64,000 bases of DNA from assembly GCA_017525915.1 (NCBI GenBank), contig JAFXSC010000014.1, positions 12,075-76,074 on the forward strand. Reading direction: 5' to 3'. Every line of letters begins with the position of its first letter. Position 1 is the first letter of the stretch. A program made the translations under genes and the position numbers. This document shows, one piece after another, positions 8,064-17,549 of the stretch. The DNA comes from Ruminococcus sp. GTDB lineage: Bacteria; Bacillota; Clostridia; Oscillospirales; Ruminococcaceae. A model generated the notes under the pieces. The model made no database searches. It saw only the letters and a list, made by a program, of their open reading frames with translations, and was not told where the DNA came from.

Positions 8064-8451
8064 CAAAGGCTGTGCAGTATATGTGTGATACGCATACAGC
8101 CGTATATACGTCATTTATTGAGGAAACCCCTTTTGAGAAAGGGGCACCCTAATCGGGATCGTCCCCTCTGTCAGCTTCGCTGACATCTCCCCACCCCGTG
8201 GGGAGTCACCCTCAAACTCCCTCCAGAAAACTTTCATCTGGTTTTTTCCGCAATGGTATGATAGTCAGGATAGAAAAAACAAAGCCGGAAGTCTGCTTGA
8301 CTTCCGGCTGTTTTATACCATTGCTGAAAAAACTAAATATAAAAGTCTTTGGAAAGGGGGCAGGAGAAGAACCTTTCCTCAGAAAGGTTTGCCCCGGTAA
8401 GTTACGCATAAATCTGCTGTATGAGTATCGCACTTATCCGCACAGCCTTTG
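8064..8451. repeat. nested inverted-repeat (foldback/MITE-like) element between convergent genes
   Basis: Four concentric inverted-repeat pairs: 8064-8100/8416-8451, about 8120-8234/8341-8398, 8242-8259/8315-8332 (17/18 match) and 8283-8293/8299-8309 (perfect). A 56-bp insert (8151-8206) is flanked by CACCCT direct repeats. Confidence 0.8.
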
Positions 8452-8467
8452 TTTATTCAGCCTCAGG

Positions 8468-10171
8468 TCAATAGACGGGAAGGCTGCTGTAATACACTTC
8501 CAGTTTAGGTCTTGCGCTGACGTAGCAAGGTTCGAGCGACTTATCAAAGTGCTTGCCCATGCCCTCCATGATTATCGCATCAGCCTGACTGAACGACATA
8601 CTGTGCTTGTACACTCTCTTGCTGACGAGGGCATCATACACATCGGCAATCGCCATGATACGCGCTTCGAGAGGTATCGCATCGCCGACCAGACCGACAG
8701 GATATCCGGAGCCGTCCCAGCGCTCATGATGATAGTGAGCTACGTTCTCGGCAATTATGTGGAACTCCTCATCGTCCGTGCCTTCAAGTATCGAATGGAC
8801 GATACGCGCTCCCTCTGCGGCGTGGGTCTTCATGACCGCATACTCCTCATCGGTAAATCTTCCGGGTTTGCGGAGTATCGCATCGTCAACGGCTATCTTT
8901 CCGAGGTCGTGCATAGGCGCGGCTTTTATGAGGTCGTTGCAGAACTCATCGGAGAGGTCATAAAGTTCAGAGCTGCGTATCTCCTCAATGAGTATCCTGA
9001 CCACCTCGCTCGTCCTGCGGATATGACCGCCGGTGGAATTGTCGCGGCTCTCGACCATAGTTGCCATGCCGAGTATCAGCTTGTTGTGCATAGCCTCGAT
9101 ATTGGCAGTCTTCTTTGCAACTTCATCGCGGAGGTCGTCGTTATAGCGGTTTATTAGCGAGATGTACTGCTGGTTCTGAGTATCGTCAGTAATGAATATC
9201 TGGTAGCCTCTCCTGCGTCTTCCGTCATAGAGATAGCCGATATTCACGGAGAATATCCTGTCCCCGGCATTGTAGGTGATCTTGTCGTAGGTGTTGTCGC
9301 TTTTGTAGTCCTCGAGCCATTTGCAGACATTGTCCTTCAGCTCGGGAACTGCTGCCACGGACTTGTCGATATCGAGGTCTGCAACTGCCGGAAAAAACTT
9401 TTTCGCCGTCTCGTTGCAGCCGAGGTAGCTTGACCTGAAATCGAACGATAGTATGCCGGTACTGCCTGTTTCCAGAAGGGAATCGGCACAGGTCTCGGTA
9501 ACGTTGTAGATGCACACACGGTCGATGACGAGCAGATAGCATATCTGGGCAATGACGTACGTCGCGGGAACGAGCTCCATGCCTGCCGGGAAGAGTTTTC
9601 CCATAAAATAGCTGGAAAGCGATATGAGCGCCGGCAGCATCATGAGACATATCACCTTGTTGGAAACGTTCTTCTTCCTGAAAAAGCTGTATATCATCAC
9701 CGTTATGCTCAGCACGAAATAAACTATCAGCATAGCATAGAACAGCGTGTGACCGAAGGCGTACTCCTTGACAAGCCTGCCGGTCCCGTCGGTCTTCTCG
9801 AAACTCAGCGACTTGTAGAAGTATTTGCCCGTATCACCGATAAGGACGCAGATGTATATTCCCGTGCTGATTGATATGAACAGCAGTCTCAGTATCCTGT
9901 TAAGCTTTATCTGGCACAGACTGAACGCCGTCAGCATGAACAGCAGCACGAGGTAGCAGCTTCCTATATACACGAACCGGTTCGCGGTGAGCGCCGCCTC
10001 CAAGGTGTCAGCTCTTGCGATGAGCATATAGCCGAGGTTTGTGACAGGTATGAAGCAGAATATCAGCGTGAAGTGCGCGTCGAAGTGCTTGTGCCAGTAC
10101 AGCGCGTAGAATATCGTCAGGATCACCGATAATCCGAACATTATTTCATAGTAGTGTGTCAATAGCATCAC
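8468..10171 (-). CDS. 7TM (HisKA_7TM-like) sensor - HD-GYP phosphodiesterase
   Basis: About 7 TM segments; ESRDNSTGGHIRR, HDLGKI, HHERWDGSGYP and ARIMAIADVYDAL motifs. The start could be a few codons downstream. Confidence 0.9.
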   Translation of the reverse strand: MMLLTHYYEIMFGLSVILTIFYALYWHKHFDAHFTLIFCFIPVTNLGYMLIARADTLEAALTANRFVYIGSCYLVLLFMLTAFSLCQIKLNRILRLLFISISTGIYICVLIGDTGKYFYKSLSFEKTDGTGRLVKEYAFGHTLFYAMLIVYFVLSITVMIYSFFRKKNVSNKVICLMMLPALISLSSYFMGKLFPAGMELVPATYVIAQICYLLVIDRVCIYNVTETCADSLLETGSTGILSFDFRSSYLGCNETAKKFFPAVADLDIDKSVAAVPELKDNVCKWLEDYKSDNTYDKITYNAGDRIFSVNIGYLYDGRRRRGYQIFITDDTQNQQYISLINRYNDDLRDEVAKKTANIEAMHNKLILGMATMVESRDNSTGGHIRRTSEVVRILIEEIRSSELYDLSDEFCNDLIKAAPMHDLGKIAVDDAILRKPGRFTDEEYAVMKTHAAEGARIVHSILEGTDDEEFHIIAENVAHYHHERWDGSGYPVGLVGDAIPLEARIMAIADVYDALVSKRVYKHSMSFSQADAIIMEGMGKHFDKSLEPCYVSARPKLEVYYSSLPVY

Positions 10172-10396
10172 CTCTTGTATTTGTTACAGATATAAGTCTA
10201 TTATACCACATAAAACGGTATTTGTCCACTGGTATTATAAAAGTGCCGCGGGGAATCAGATGTTAACATTGTCCACCTATTCTGCATTTTATAGGTTGCA
10301 GAGCGAGCCGCCGCATATTATAATATATATAATATTAACATATTGTATTCTAATATGCCGGAACAATTTGTAAAACAATTCATAAGGAGTGATATT

Positions 10397-13279
10397 ATGC
10401 ACAGCTTTTTAAGATCAGGCCTTTCTGTGCTCATAGGTTCGGCGCTCATCGTCAATTCTACCGGAGTTACCTTTTTCCCTTCGGACGCGGCTGACGATAC
10501 GAGCGGCATAGTATTCTATGTCTCCCCCGACGGCGATGACAGCGGAAACGGTTCTCTTTCCTCGCCATTCCGCACTATCGGGGCTGCCCGTGACGCGGTT
10601 AGGAAGGTCAACGGCAACATGACCGGCGATATCACGGTCTATCTCCGCGGCGGCGATTACCGCATAACCGAGCCTGTCGTGTTCGATACAAAGGACTCCG
10701 CCACCAACGGCTTCCATATTAATTATGTGGCTTATGAGGGCGAAACTCCTGTCATAAACGGTGCAGCACAGGTCACCGGCTGGACAAAGCACGATGACAA
10801 ACTCTGGAAAGCTCCGCTCGACCGCGACTACAAGCTCCGCAACCTCTACGTCAACGACCGCCGTGCCAACATGGGAAGCGTTACCGTTCAGGCAAAGGGC
10901 GGCTCCGGTGAATACCATATTGAAAAAGGTCAGGCTGACTGGGCCTGGGACTCCGGCACAAAAAGTGACGGTCTTGCATATGACGCAAGCTCGATGCCGC
11001 GCATCACTTCCAACTTCGACGACCTCGAGGTAATAAACGGTACAACGTGGAACGAGAATATCGTCTGCACACGCGATGTCAAGTACGAAAACGGCTCGCT
11101 CATACTCCTTTTGCAGCAGCCATACGGCGCTATCGCTCAGACTCCCGGCTGGGGCGCAGGATTCTCCGTAACAGGTACCCATACAGTTTACAATGCCTTC
11201 TCCTTCGTGAACGATCCCGGCGAGTTCTTCTTCGACAAGACCGAAAAGGTACTGTACTACTATCCCCGCGAGGGCGAGGATATGACAAAGGCTGACGTTG
11301 AAGCACCTTTCGCCGACCAGCTCATCGTTATCAAAGGCGATTCCACCAAGGACCGCGTTACCGGTCTGAGCTTCTCCGGCATCACCTTTGCAAATACGGA
11401 CTATCAGCTCACTGACGTTGACGGTTCCCACGGAAAGACCACCTGTCAGGCGGCTCAGACATACACAGCCTTTGCCGATTCCAACTGGCATAAGTATAAG
11501 TACGAGATGGCGGATACGCTTCCGGCAGCAGTGCATATCACCAACAGTGACGACATATCCCTCACAGGAAATACCGTAAAGCACACCGGCGCGGACGGCA
11601 TATCCATGACGAACGACGTTATCAACTCTAACGTTACCGGCAACTTCATCACCGATATCACTTCGAGCGGTATCACGGTAGGTCACCCTCAGCACATCTA
11701 CATCGGCGATGCTTCATGGGATAACCACGAGAAGTTCCCTGTCGGTGTCGAGGGCGTCTGCAAGAACGACACCATTTCGCAGAATATGCTCTATGATATA
11801 AGCGTTGTTCACGGCTTCGGCGGCTGTGCGGCTATCACAGCTTATTACGCCGACACTGTGAAGATCCTCAGCAATACCATTGAAAAGACCGCCTACAACG
11901 GCATCCACCTCGGCTGGGGCTGGTGCAACTTCAAGGACAGCACCACCTGCCGCGATAATATGATATGCTACAACCGCGTTATCAACAGCCTTAACCGTCT
12001 CCACGACAGCGGCGGTATATACACCATCGGTCAGATGGAAGGTACGGTCATCAACGAGAACTACATTCAGGGCATTCCGGCAGCGGCTCAGTGGCAGCCG
12101 ACCTACGGTCTCCACAACGACGAGGGTACTGCCTATATCGAGGAGAACGACAACATTCTCGAAATAAGCCCCGATGTTACCTACACCATCAACTGCGAGG
12201 AATACGGCGACAAGCACCACCTCACTATCAAGCGCACATATGCGACTGTTAAGAAAATGGGTAAGAATCCGCCTTACAGCGATATCGACGACCCGATAGT
12301 AGTTTCTGACAACGTATGGCCCTTCGCTCAGTATAAGATATGCCTGAATTCGGGCGTTTCCGGCGAATACAGCGGCCTCGTGCCCACATGGCTCAAATCC
12401 GAGGCGGATCAGGTCTTCCCGGCAAGCTGTGCGACTACCGGCGGCAGTATCCTCCCCATACGCAAGGGCGGCAGCGGAAAGACGGTCTGGATAGCTCCCG
12501 ACGGTACTACGGCCTTCAAGGCTGGCAGCTCAATGACAAAGGCTTCCGGCAGCGCAGAGAGCATCAAGACCCCGAAGGACGAGGGTGAATACCGCATTTA
12601 CGTCCTCGACGGCAGCGGAAAGGTGCTCAGCAAATCCGGTCATATCCTCCGCATAAGCGGCACCGGTTCGGCTAACGTTATCGAGGCTGAGAGTTACGAT
12701 GACCAGTCCGGCATACAGACTGAGAATTGCAGCGAGGGCGGCAGCGATGTTGCCTACATCGAAAACGGCGATTATATCGGCTTCAAGAACATCGACTTCG
12801 GAACAGGTACGAGAGCTATCGACTTCCGCATCGGCTCAAACGGCGCAGAAGCTTCACTCGAGATAAGGCTCGGCTCACCGGACGGCAGGCTCATCGGCTC
12901 TATGGACGTCAAGAGCACAGGCGGCTGGCAGACATGGGCTACCCAGAGATGTTCGATTGATACGCTCACCGGCAAGAACGACATTTACTTCATTTTCAAG
13001 GGCAGCGATGGCTACCTCTACAACCTCAACTGGTGGAGCCCGGACGTTCCAGGCGGAAATGATGACGATGTTGCATACGGCGACCTCAACGGTGACGGCG
13101 TGCTGAATGTCTATGACCTCATGCTCATGAGAAAAGCTTCGCAGGGCGCAGATGTCTCCGACCCGGACGCTGCTGACCTCGACGGCGACGGCGTTATAAG
13201 CGCAAAGGACGTTCAGCTCCTCAATGACTATCTGCTCGGCAGAGTCAAGAACTTCCCGGTTTGTGCAATTCCCGATTGA
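10397..13279 (+). CDS. secreted beta-helix glycoside hydrolase (GH141-like) - CBM6 - dockerin
   Basis: ATG 10397 after AAGGAG; signal peptide; FYVSPDGDDSGNGSLSSPFRTI and HDSGGIYT beta-helix motifs; CBM6 IEAESYD...NLNWW; dockerin GDLNGDG..DLDGDG. Architecture matches my recollection of C. thermocellum Xyn141E. Confidence 0.75.
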   Translation: MHSFLRSGLSVLIGSALIVNSTGVTFFPSDAADDTSGIVFYVSPDGDDSGNGSLSSPFRTIGAARDAVRKVNGNMTGDITVYLRGGDYRITEPVVFDTKDSATNGFHINYVAYEGETPVINGAAQVTGWTKHDDKLWKAPLDRDYKLRNLYVNDRRANMGSVTVQAKGGSGEYHIEKGQADWAWDSGTKSDGLAYDASSMPRITSNFDDLEVINGTTWNENIVCTRDVKYENGSLILLLQQPYGAIAQTPGWGAGFSVTGTHTVYNAFSFVNDPGEFFFDKTEKVLYYYPREGEDMTKADVEAPFADQLIVIKGDSTKDRVTGLSFSGITFANTDYQLTDVDGSHGKTTCQAAQTYTAFADSNWHKYKYEMADTLPAAVHITNSDDISLTGNTVKHTGADGISMTNDVINSNVTGNFITDITSSGITVGHPQHIYIGDASWDNHEKFPVGVEGVCKNDTISQNMLYDISVVHGFGGCAAITAYYADTVKILSNTIEKTAYNGIHLGWGWCNFKDSTTCRDNMICYNRVINSLNRLHDSGGIYTIGQMEGTVINENYIQGIPAAAQWQPTYGLHNDEGTAYIEENDNILEISPDVTYTINCEEYGDKHHLTIKRTYATVKKMGKNPPYSDIDDPIVVSDNVWPFAQYKICLNSGVSGEYSGLVPTWLKSEADQVFPASCATTGGSILPIRKGGSGKTVWIAPDGTTAFKAGSSMTKASGSAESIKTPKDEGEYRIYVLDGSGKVLSKSGHILRISGTGSANVIEAESYDDQSGIQTENCSEGGSDVAYIENGDYIGFKNIDFGTGTRAIDFRIGSNGAEASLEIRLGSPDGRLIGSMDVKSTGGWQTWATQRCSIDTLTGKNDIYFIFKGSDGYLYNLNWWSPDVPGGNDDDVAYGDLNGDGVLNVYDLMLMRKASQGADVSDPDAADLDGDGVISAKDVQLLNDYLLGRVKNFPVCAIPD

Positions 13280-13285
13280 ATTACG

Positions 13286-13312
13286 GGGGAATGCTGAAAA
13301 GCATTCCCCTTT
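13286..13312 (+). terminator. intrinsic terminator
   Basis: ggggaatgct-gaaa-agcattcccc followed by TTT. Confidence 0.8.
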
Positions 13313-13365
13313 CTGCTGCATCAAGTTATAGTCTGAGGCTATAACTGACTATAAGAAAAATAGTC

Positions 13366-13394
13366 TTGACAGATATATAATTCCGATGTATAAT
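13366..13394 (+). promoter_or_regulatory. perfect-consensus sigma-A promoter for the metY leader
   Basis: TTGACA, 17 nt, TATAAT. Confidence 0.85.
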
Positions 13395-13424
13395 ATAGGC
13401 ATACCAAACGAAAGGGTGACGGCA

Positions 13425-13508
13425 ATGAGTAAGACAATGCTTCAGCTCCGCACGATAATTCTTGCTGCTGACCGAATGTGCAGCAGACGATGTTATTTTT
13501 CACATTAA
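13425..13508 (+). CDS. putative 27-aa leader peptide (uORF) MSKTMLQLRTIILAADRMCSRRCYFSH
   Basis: AAAGGGTG RBS 6 nt upstream; lies between the promoter and metY; 3 Met and 2 Cys codons; too short for the ORF track. Confidence 0.55.
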   Translation: MSKTMLQLRTIILAADRMCSRRCYFSH

Positions 13509-13557
13509 ATCCTATTATTCCCATATGTATAATTAAATTTTTCAGGAGGAAATTACC

Positions 13558-14847
13558 ATGGCTAATAATAAATTACATTTTGAAACTTTACAGCTCCATG
13601 TCGGACAGGAGCAGGCTGACCCCGCAACAGATGCAAGGGCAGTTCCGATATACGCTTCCGCTTCTTATGTATTCCACAATGCACAGCACGCCGCCGACCG
13701 CTTCGGTCTGAAAGACGCCGGCAACATCTACGGAAGGCTCACCAATCCCACCGAGGACGTTTTCGAGCAGCGCATCGCAGCACTTGAAGGCGGAGTTGCA
13801 GGACTCGCTACTGCTTCCGGTGCAGCAGCTATCACCTATACGATACAGGCTCTTGCAAAGGCAGGCGAGAACGTTGTTGCTTCCAAGACTATCTACGGAG
13901 GCACCTATAACCTCTTCGCACACACACTCCCCCTCTACGGAATTACCGCTAAATTTGCAGACCCCTCATCTCCGGAAAGCTTCGAGGCAGCCATTGACGG
14001 AAACACCAAGGCTCTCTACATCGAGACGCTCGGCAATCCGAATTCCAATGCCGTCGACATCGAGAAGATAGCTCAGATTGCTCATGCTCACAACATTCCG
14101 CTCGTTGTTGACAACACCTTCGCTACTCCCTATCTTGTACGTCCTATCGAATACGGTGCTGATATCGTAGTTCACTCCGCGACCAAGTTCATAGGCGGTC
14201 ACGGTACAGCCATAGGCGGCGTTATCGTTGACAGCGGAAAGTTCGACTGGACGGCTTCCGGCAGGTATCCGTGGGTATCAGAGCCCAATCCGAGCTACCA
14301 CGGCATAAGCTTTGCGGCTGCTGTCGGTCCTGCCGCATTCGTAACATATATCCGCGCTATACTTCTCCGCGACACAGGCGCAACACTTTCGCCCTTCCAC
14401 GCATTCCTGTTCCTGCAGGGACTTGAGACGCTTTCGCTCCGTGTTGAGCGCCACACCTCCAATTCAAAGGCTATCGTTGAATACCTCGCAAAGCACCCGC
14501 AGGTCGAGGCTGTTCACCACCCGTCGCTCAGCACCGAGCCGAGCCATGAGGTATACACGAAATACTTCCCCAACGGCGGCGGCAGCATATTCACCTTCGA
14601 TATCAAGGGCACTGAGGACGACGCAAAGAAGTTCATCGACAATCTTGCGATATTCTCACTCCTTGCCAACGTTGCAGACGTAAAGTCACTCGTTATACAT
14701 CCGGCTTCTACAACACATTCCCAGCTTACAGAAGCTGAGCTTGCCGAGCAGGGAATAAAGCCCACCACTATCCGCCTTTCCATCGGTACAGAGCACGTTG
14801 ATGACCTCATCGCAGCTCTTGACGATGCCTTTGCAGCAATAAGATGA
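13558..14847 (+). CDS. metY: O-acetylhomoserine aminocarboxypropyltransferase (sulfhydrylase)
   Basis: YGRLTNPT, ASGAAA, DNTFATPY, HSATKFIGGHG (PLP lysine) and ANVADVKSLVIHPASTTHSQL motifs; AGGAGG RBS. Confidence 0.93.
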   Translation: MANNKLHFETLQLHVGQEQADPATDARAVPIYASASYVFHNAQHAADRFGLKDAGNIYGRLTNPTEDVFEQRIAALEGGVAGLATASGAAAITYTIQALAKAGENVVASKTIYGGTYNLFAHTLPLYGITAKFADPSSPESFEAAIDGNTKALYIETLGNPNSNAVDIEKIAQIAHAHNIPLVVDNTFATPYLVRPIEYGADIVVHSATKFIGGHGTAIGGVIVDSGKFDWTASGRYPWVSEPNPSYHGISFAAAVGPAAFVTYIRAILLRDTGATLSPFHAFLFLQGLETLSLRVERHTSNSKAIVEYLAKHPQVEAVHHPSLSTEPSHEVYTKYFPNGGGSIFTFDIKGTEDDAKKFIDNLAIFSLLANVADVKSLVIHPASTTHSQLTEAELAEQGIKPTTIRLSIGTEHVDDLIAALDDAFAAIR

Positions 14848-15118
14848 TACTGCTGCGGAAGATCTCCTTTTCAGCCTGAGCATCAAGCTCGGGCTATTTC
14901 TTTCATCATATCTTTTCTTCAGTAAGCGAAAACAGACTATCGGTTTTGAAGAAGGAAGCCCGTGGGAAGAGTCACCGCTTTCAACTTTTAAGGCAGCGAA
15001 ACTCTCCGAAGGCATCCCTTGTGAAGGCAGAGTTATTCTTGCCTGCGGAGTTACCTCCGCACGGAAAAGCAGCCTTATCAAGCAATTACCGTTGCCGCGG
15101 CTTTTTTTTCAAAACCCC

Positions 15119-15147
15119 TTGACAAATCAGAGATTCCGTGATATAAT
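15119..15147 (+). promoter_or_regulatory. sigma-A promoter of the trp operon
   Basis: TTGACA, 17 nt, TGa-TATAAT. Confidence 0.88.
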
Positions 15148-15159
15148 CATAGTAATTCA

Positions 15160-15472
15160 AACCGTTGAAGCGGAGATAAAGATGATTATGCCTCCACAGA
15201 GAGCCTGCGCTGCTGAGAATCAGGTGAAACACAGATCATCAAATGGACCGCTGAGGGTGCAGTCAAATGAGTGCCGGTACGCAAAGAGGCTTATGACCTC
15301 GCTGTGAACTGCCGTGCGTTCAGAGTATTCTGCAACGTAGCGATGTGCGTTAAACATCAGGGATATGTTAGTATCCTGTTAAGTGCGCGGATGTTTTTCC
15401 GTGAATCAAGGTGGTACCGCGGATAGCTATTATTCGTCCTTGACAGAAAATACTTCTGTCAGGGATTTTTTA
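15160..15472 (+). ncRNA. T-box riboswitch with Trp (UGG) specifier
   Basis: Stem I with CAGAGAG and GCTGAGA motifs; specifier AAA-TGG-ACC at 15244-46; T-box AATCAAGGTGGTACCGCG at 15404-21; terminator tccttgacaga/tctgtcaggga plus T tract at 15437-71. Confidence 0.93.
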
Positions 15473-15502
15473 TTATCCCGGCAGAACCGGAGGTGCTTTT
15501 AT

Positions 15503-16969
15503 ATGCAGTTTTTCCCAGAATACAGTGAAGTAGCCGCACTTGCGGCAGACGGAAGATACGACATCGTACCTGTAAGCTGCGAGATAATGTCCGACATTTG
15601 CACGCCTATCGAGGCGATAAGGACACTCCGCAGCGTATCGACGCACTGCTATATGCTCGAATCCGTCGCCGACAAGGAGAAATGGGGACGCTATACCTTC
15701 CTCGGCTATGACCCCAAGGCTCAGATTACAGCTTCAGGCAGCGACCTGACTATCGGTGACATAAAAATGACCTCGGACGACCCGAGCACTCAGATAAGGC
15801 AGATACTCTCAAAGTACAGAAGCCCGAGATTTGACAATCTGCCGCCCTTCACAGGCGGTCTCGTGGGATATTTCTCCTACGACTTCCTCGCATATTCGGA
15901 GAAGACGCTCCGCATTCAGACCGAGGACACCGAGAGCTTCAAGGACGTTGACCTCATGCTTTTCGATAAGGTCATTGCCTTCGACAACTTCCGCCAGAAG
16001 ATTATCCTCATCGCAAATATGCGCCTGAGTGACGGTGAAGCAGGCTACAACAAGGCAAAGCTTGAACTCAGACAGATGGCTGACCTGCTCCGCAGCGGCG
16101 ACCGCAGCGCTTCGACCTCAGGAAAGCTCACCTCCGAGGTGACTCCCCTGTTCACAAAGGAGCAGTACTGCGATATGGTCGAAAGGGCAAAGCATCATAT
16201 CCATGAGGGCGATATCTTCCAGATAGTCCTCTCGAACCGCCTCAGTGCAGGCTTCGAGGGCAGTCTCCTCAACACCTACCGCGTGCTGAGGACTATCAAT
16301 CCTTCTCCCTATATGTTCTACTTCTCCGGCACTGATGTTGAGATAGCAGGTGCTTCTCCTGAGACCCTCGTGAAGCTCGAAAACGGCGTTCTCCACACCT
16401 TCCCGCTTGCAGGCACACGTCCGCGCGGAAAGACCGATGCCGAAGACAAGGCTCTCGAAGCCGACCTTCTCTCCGACGAGAAGGAGCTTGCAGAGCACAA
16501 TATGCTCGTTGACCTCGGAAGAAACGACCTCGGAAAGATAAGCCGTTTCGGCAGCGTTTCCGTTGAAAAGCTCCACAGCATCGAGCGCTATTCCCACGTT
16601 ATGCACATCGGCTCGACCGTCCGCGGAGAGATACGCGATGAATTCGACGGACTTGATGCGGTAAGGGCAGTTCTCCCTGCCGGAACCCTCTCGGGTGCGC
16701 CAAAGATAAGAGCCTGCCAGCTCATAGCAGAGCTCGAGAACAACAAGCGCGGCATCTACGGCGGCGCTATCGGTTACATCGACTTTACCGGAAACCTTGA
16801 CACCTGCATAGCCATACGCATCGCCTACAAGAAAAACGGCAAGGTCTTTGTCCGCAGCGGCGCAGGTATAGTTGCAGATTCAGTTCCCGAGAAGGAATAC
16901 CAGGAGTGCATAAACAAGGCGGCAGCTGTCGTCAATGCCCTCAAAGCAGCAGAGGAGGCAGAATTATGA
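15503..16969 (+). CDS. trpE: anthranilate synthase component I
   Basis: GGAGG RBS; LLES-type motif MLESV, NPSPYMF, PLAGTRPRG, EHNMLVDLGRND and PAGTLSGAPK motifs. Confidence 0.95.
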   Translation: MQFFPEYSEVAALAADGRYDIVPVSCEIMSDICTPIEAIRTLRSVSTHCYMLESVADKEKWGRYTFLGYDPKAQITASGSDLTIGDIKMTSDDPSTQIRQILSKYRSPRFDNLPPFTGGLVGYFSYDFLAYSEKTLRIQTEDTESFKDVDLMLFDKVIAFDNFRQKIILIANMRLSDGEAGYNKAKLELRQMADLLRSGDRSASTSGKLTSEVTPLFTKEQYCDMVERAKHHIHEGDIFQIVLSNRLSAGFEGSLLNTYRVLRTINPSPYMFYFSGTDVEIAGASPETLVKLENGVLHTFPLAGTRPRGKTDAEDKALEADLLSDEKELAEHNMLVDLGRNDLGKISRFGSVSVEKLHSIERYSHVMHIGSTVRGEIRDEFDGLDAVRAVLPAGTLSGAPKIRACQLIAELENNKRGIYGGAIGYIDFTGNLDTCIAIRIAYKKNGKVFVRSGAGIVADSVPEKEYQECINKAAAVVNALKAAEEAEL

Positions 16970-17532
16970 TACTTCTTATCGACAACTACGACAGCTTTTC
17001 ATATAATCTCTATCAGCTCATCGGCGAGATAGAGCCCGAAATAAAGGTCATCCGCAATGACGAGATGACCGTTGAGGAGATAGATAAGCTCGCTCCCGAC
17101 CGCATTATCCTCTCTCCCGGTCCCGGACGTCCCGAGGACGCCGGCATAATCGTTGAAGCTGCAAAGACAGTCTGCCGGAAAATACCAACTCTCGGCGTAT
17201 GTCTCGGCCATCAGGCAATATGTGCGGCATACGGCGCAACTGTTACCTACGCTAAGAAGCTCATGCACGGCAAGCAGTCGGTCATCAGCTTTCAGGGAAA
17301 CTCTCCCCTTTTCAAGGGCATAGACGAGGGTGCTCCCGTGGCAAGATACCACTCCCTCGCGGCTGATGCTTCAACTCTCCCGGACTGCCTTGAAGTAACT
17401 GCCGTTGCAGATGACGGCGAGGTAATGGCTGTCCAGCACAGGGAATTCCCCATATTCGGCGTACAGTTCCACCCCGAGTCGATAATGACTCCCGACGGAA
17501 AGATAATGCTCAGAAACTTTATTGAACTTTGA
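16966..17532 (+). CDS. trpG: anthranilate synthase component II (glutamine amidotransferase)
   Basis: [19 protein letters not shown] and QFHPES motifs; ATGA overlap with trpE. Confidence 0.95.
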   Translation: MILLIDNYDSFSYNLYQLIGEIEPEIKVIRNDEMTVEEIDKLAPDRIILSPGPGRPEDAGIIVEAAKTVCRKIPTLGVCLGHQAICAAYGATVTYAKKLMHGKQSVISFQGNSPLFKGIDEGAPVARYHSLAADASTLPDCLEVTAVADDGEVMAVQHREFPIFGVQFHPESIMTPDGKIMLRNFIEL

Positions 17533-17549
17533 TACAGAGGTGTATTACA

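Noticed and set aside
8064-8451. Possible CRISPR array
   Set aside because: The repeats are inverted and nested, not direct repeats with unique spacers, and there are no cas genes.
10415-11695. 426-aa antisense ORF (likewise 24316-25824, 35118-36443, 43576-44421 and others)
   Set aside because: These are shadow ORFs opposite well-supported genes, arising from strong codon bias, with no RBS or motifs.
15383-15502. N-terminal extension of trpE in the ORF track
   Set aside because: It overlaps the T-box antiterminator/terminator; the true RBS and ATG are at 15503.
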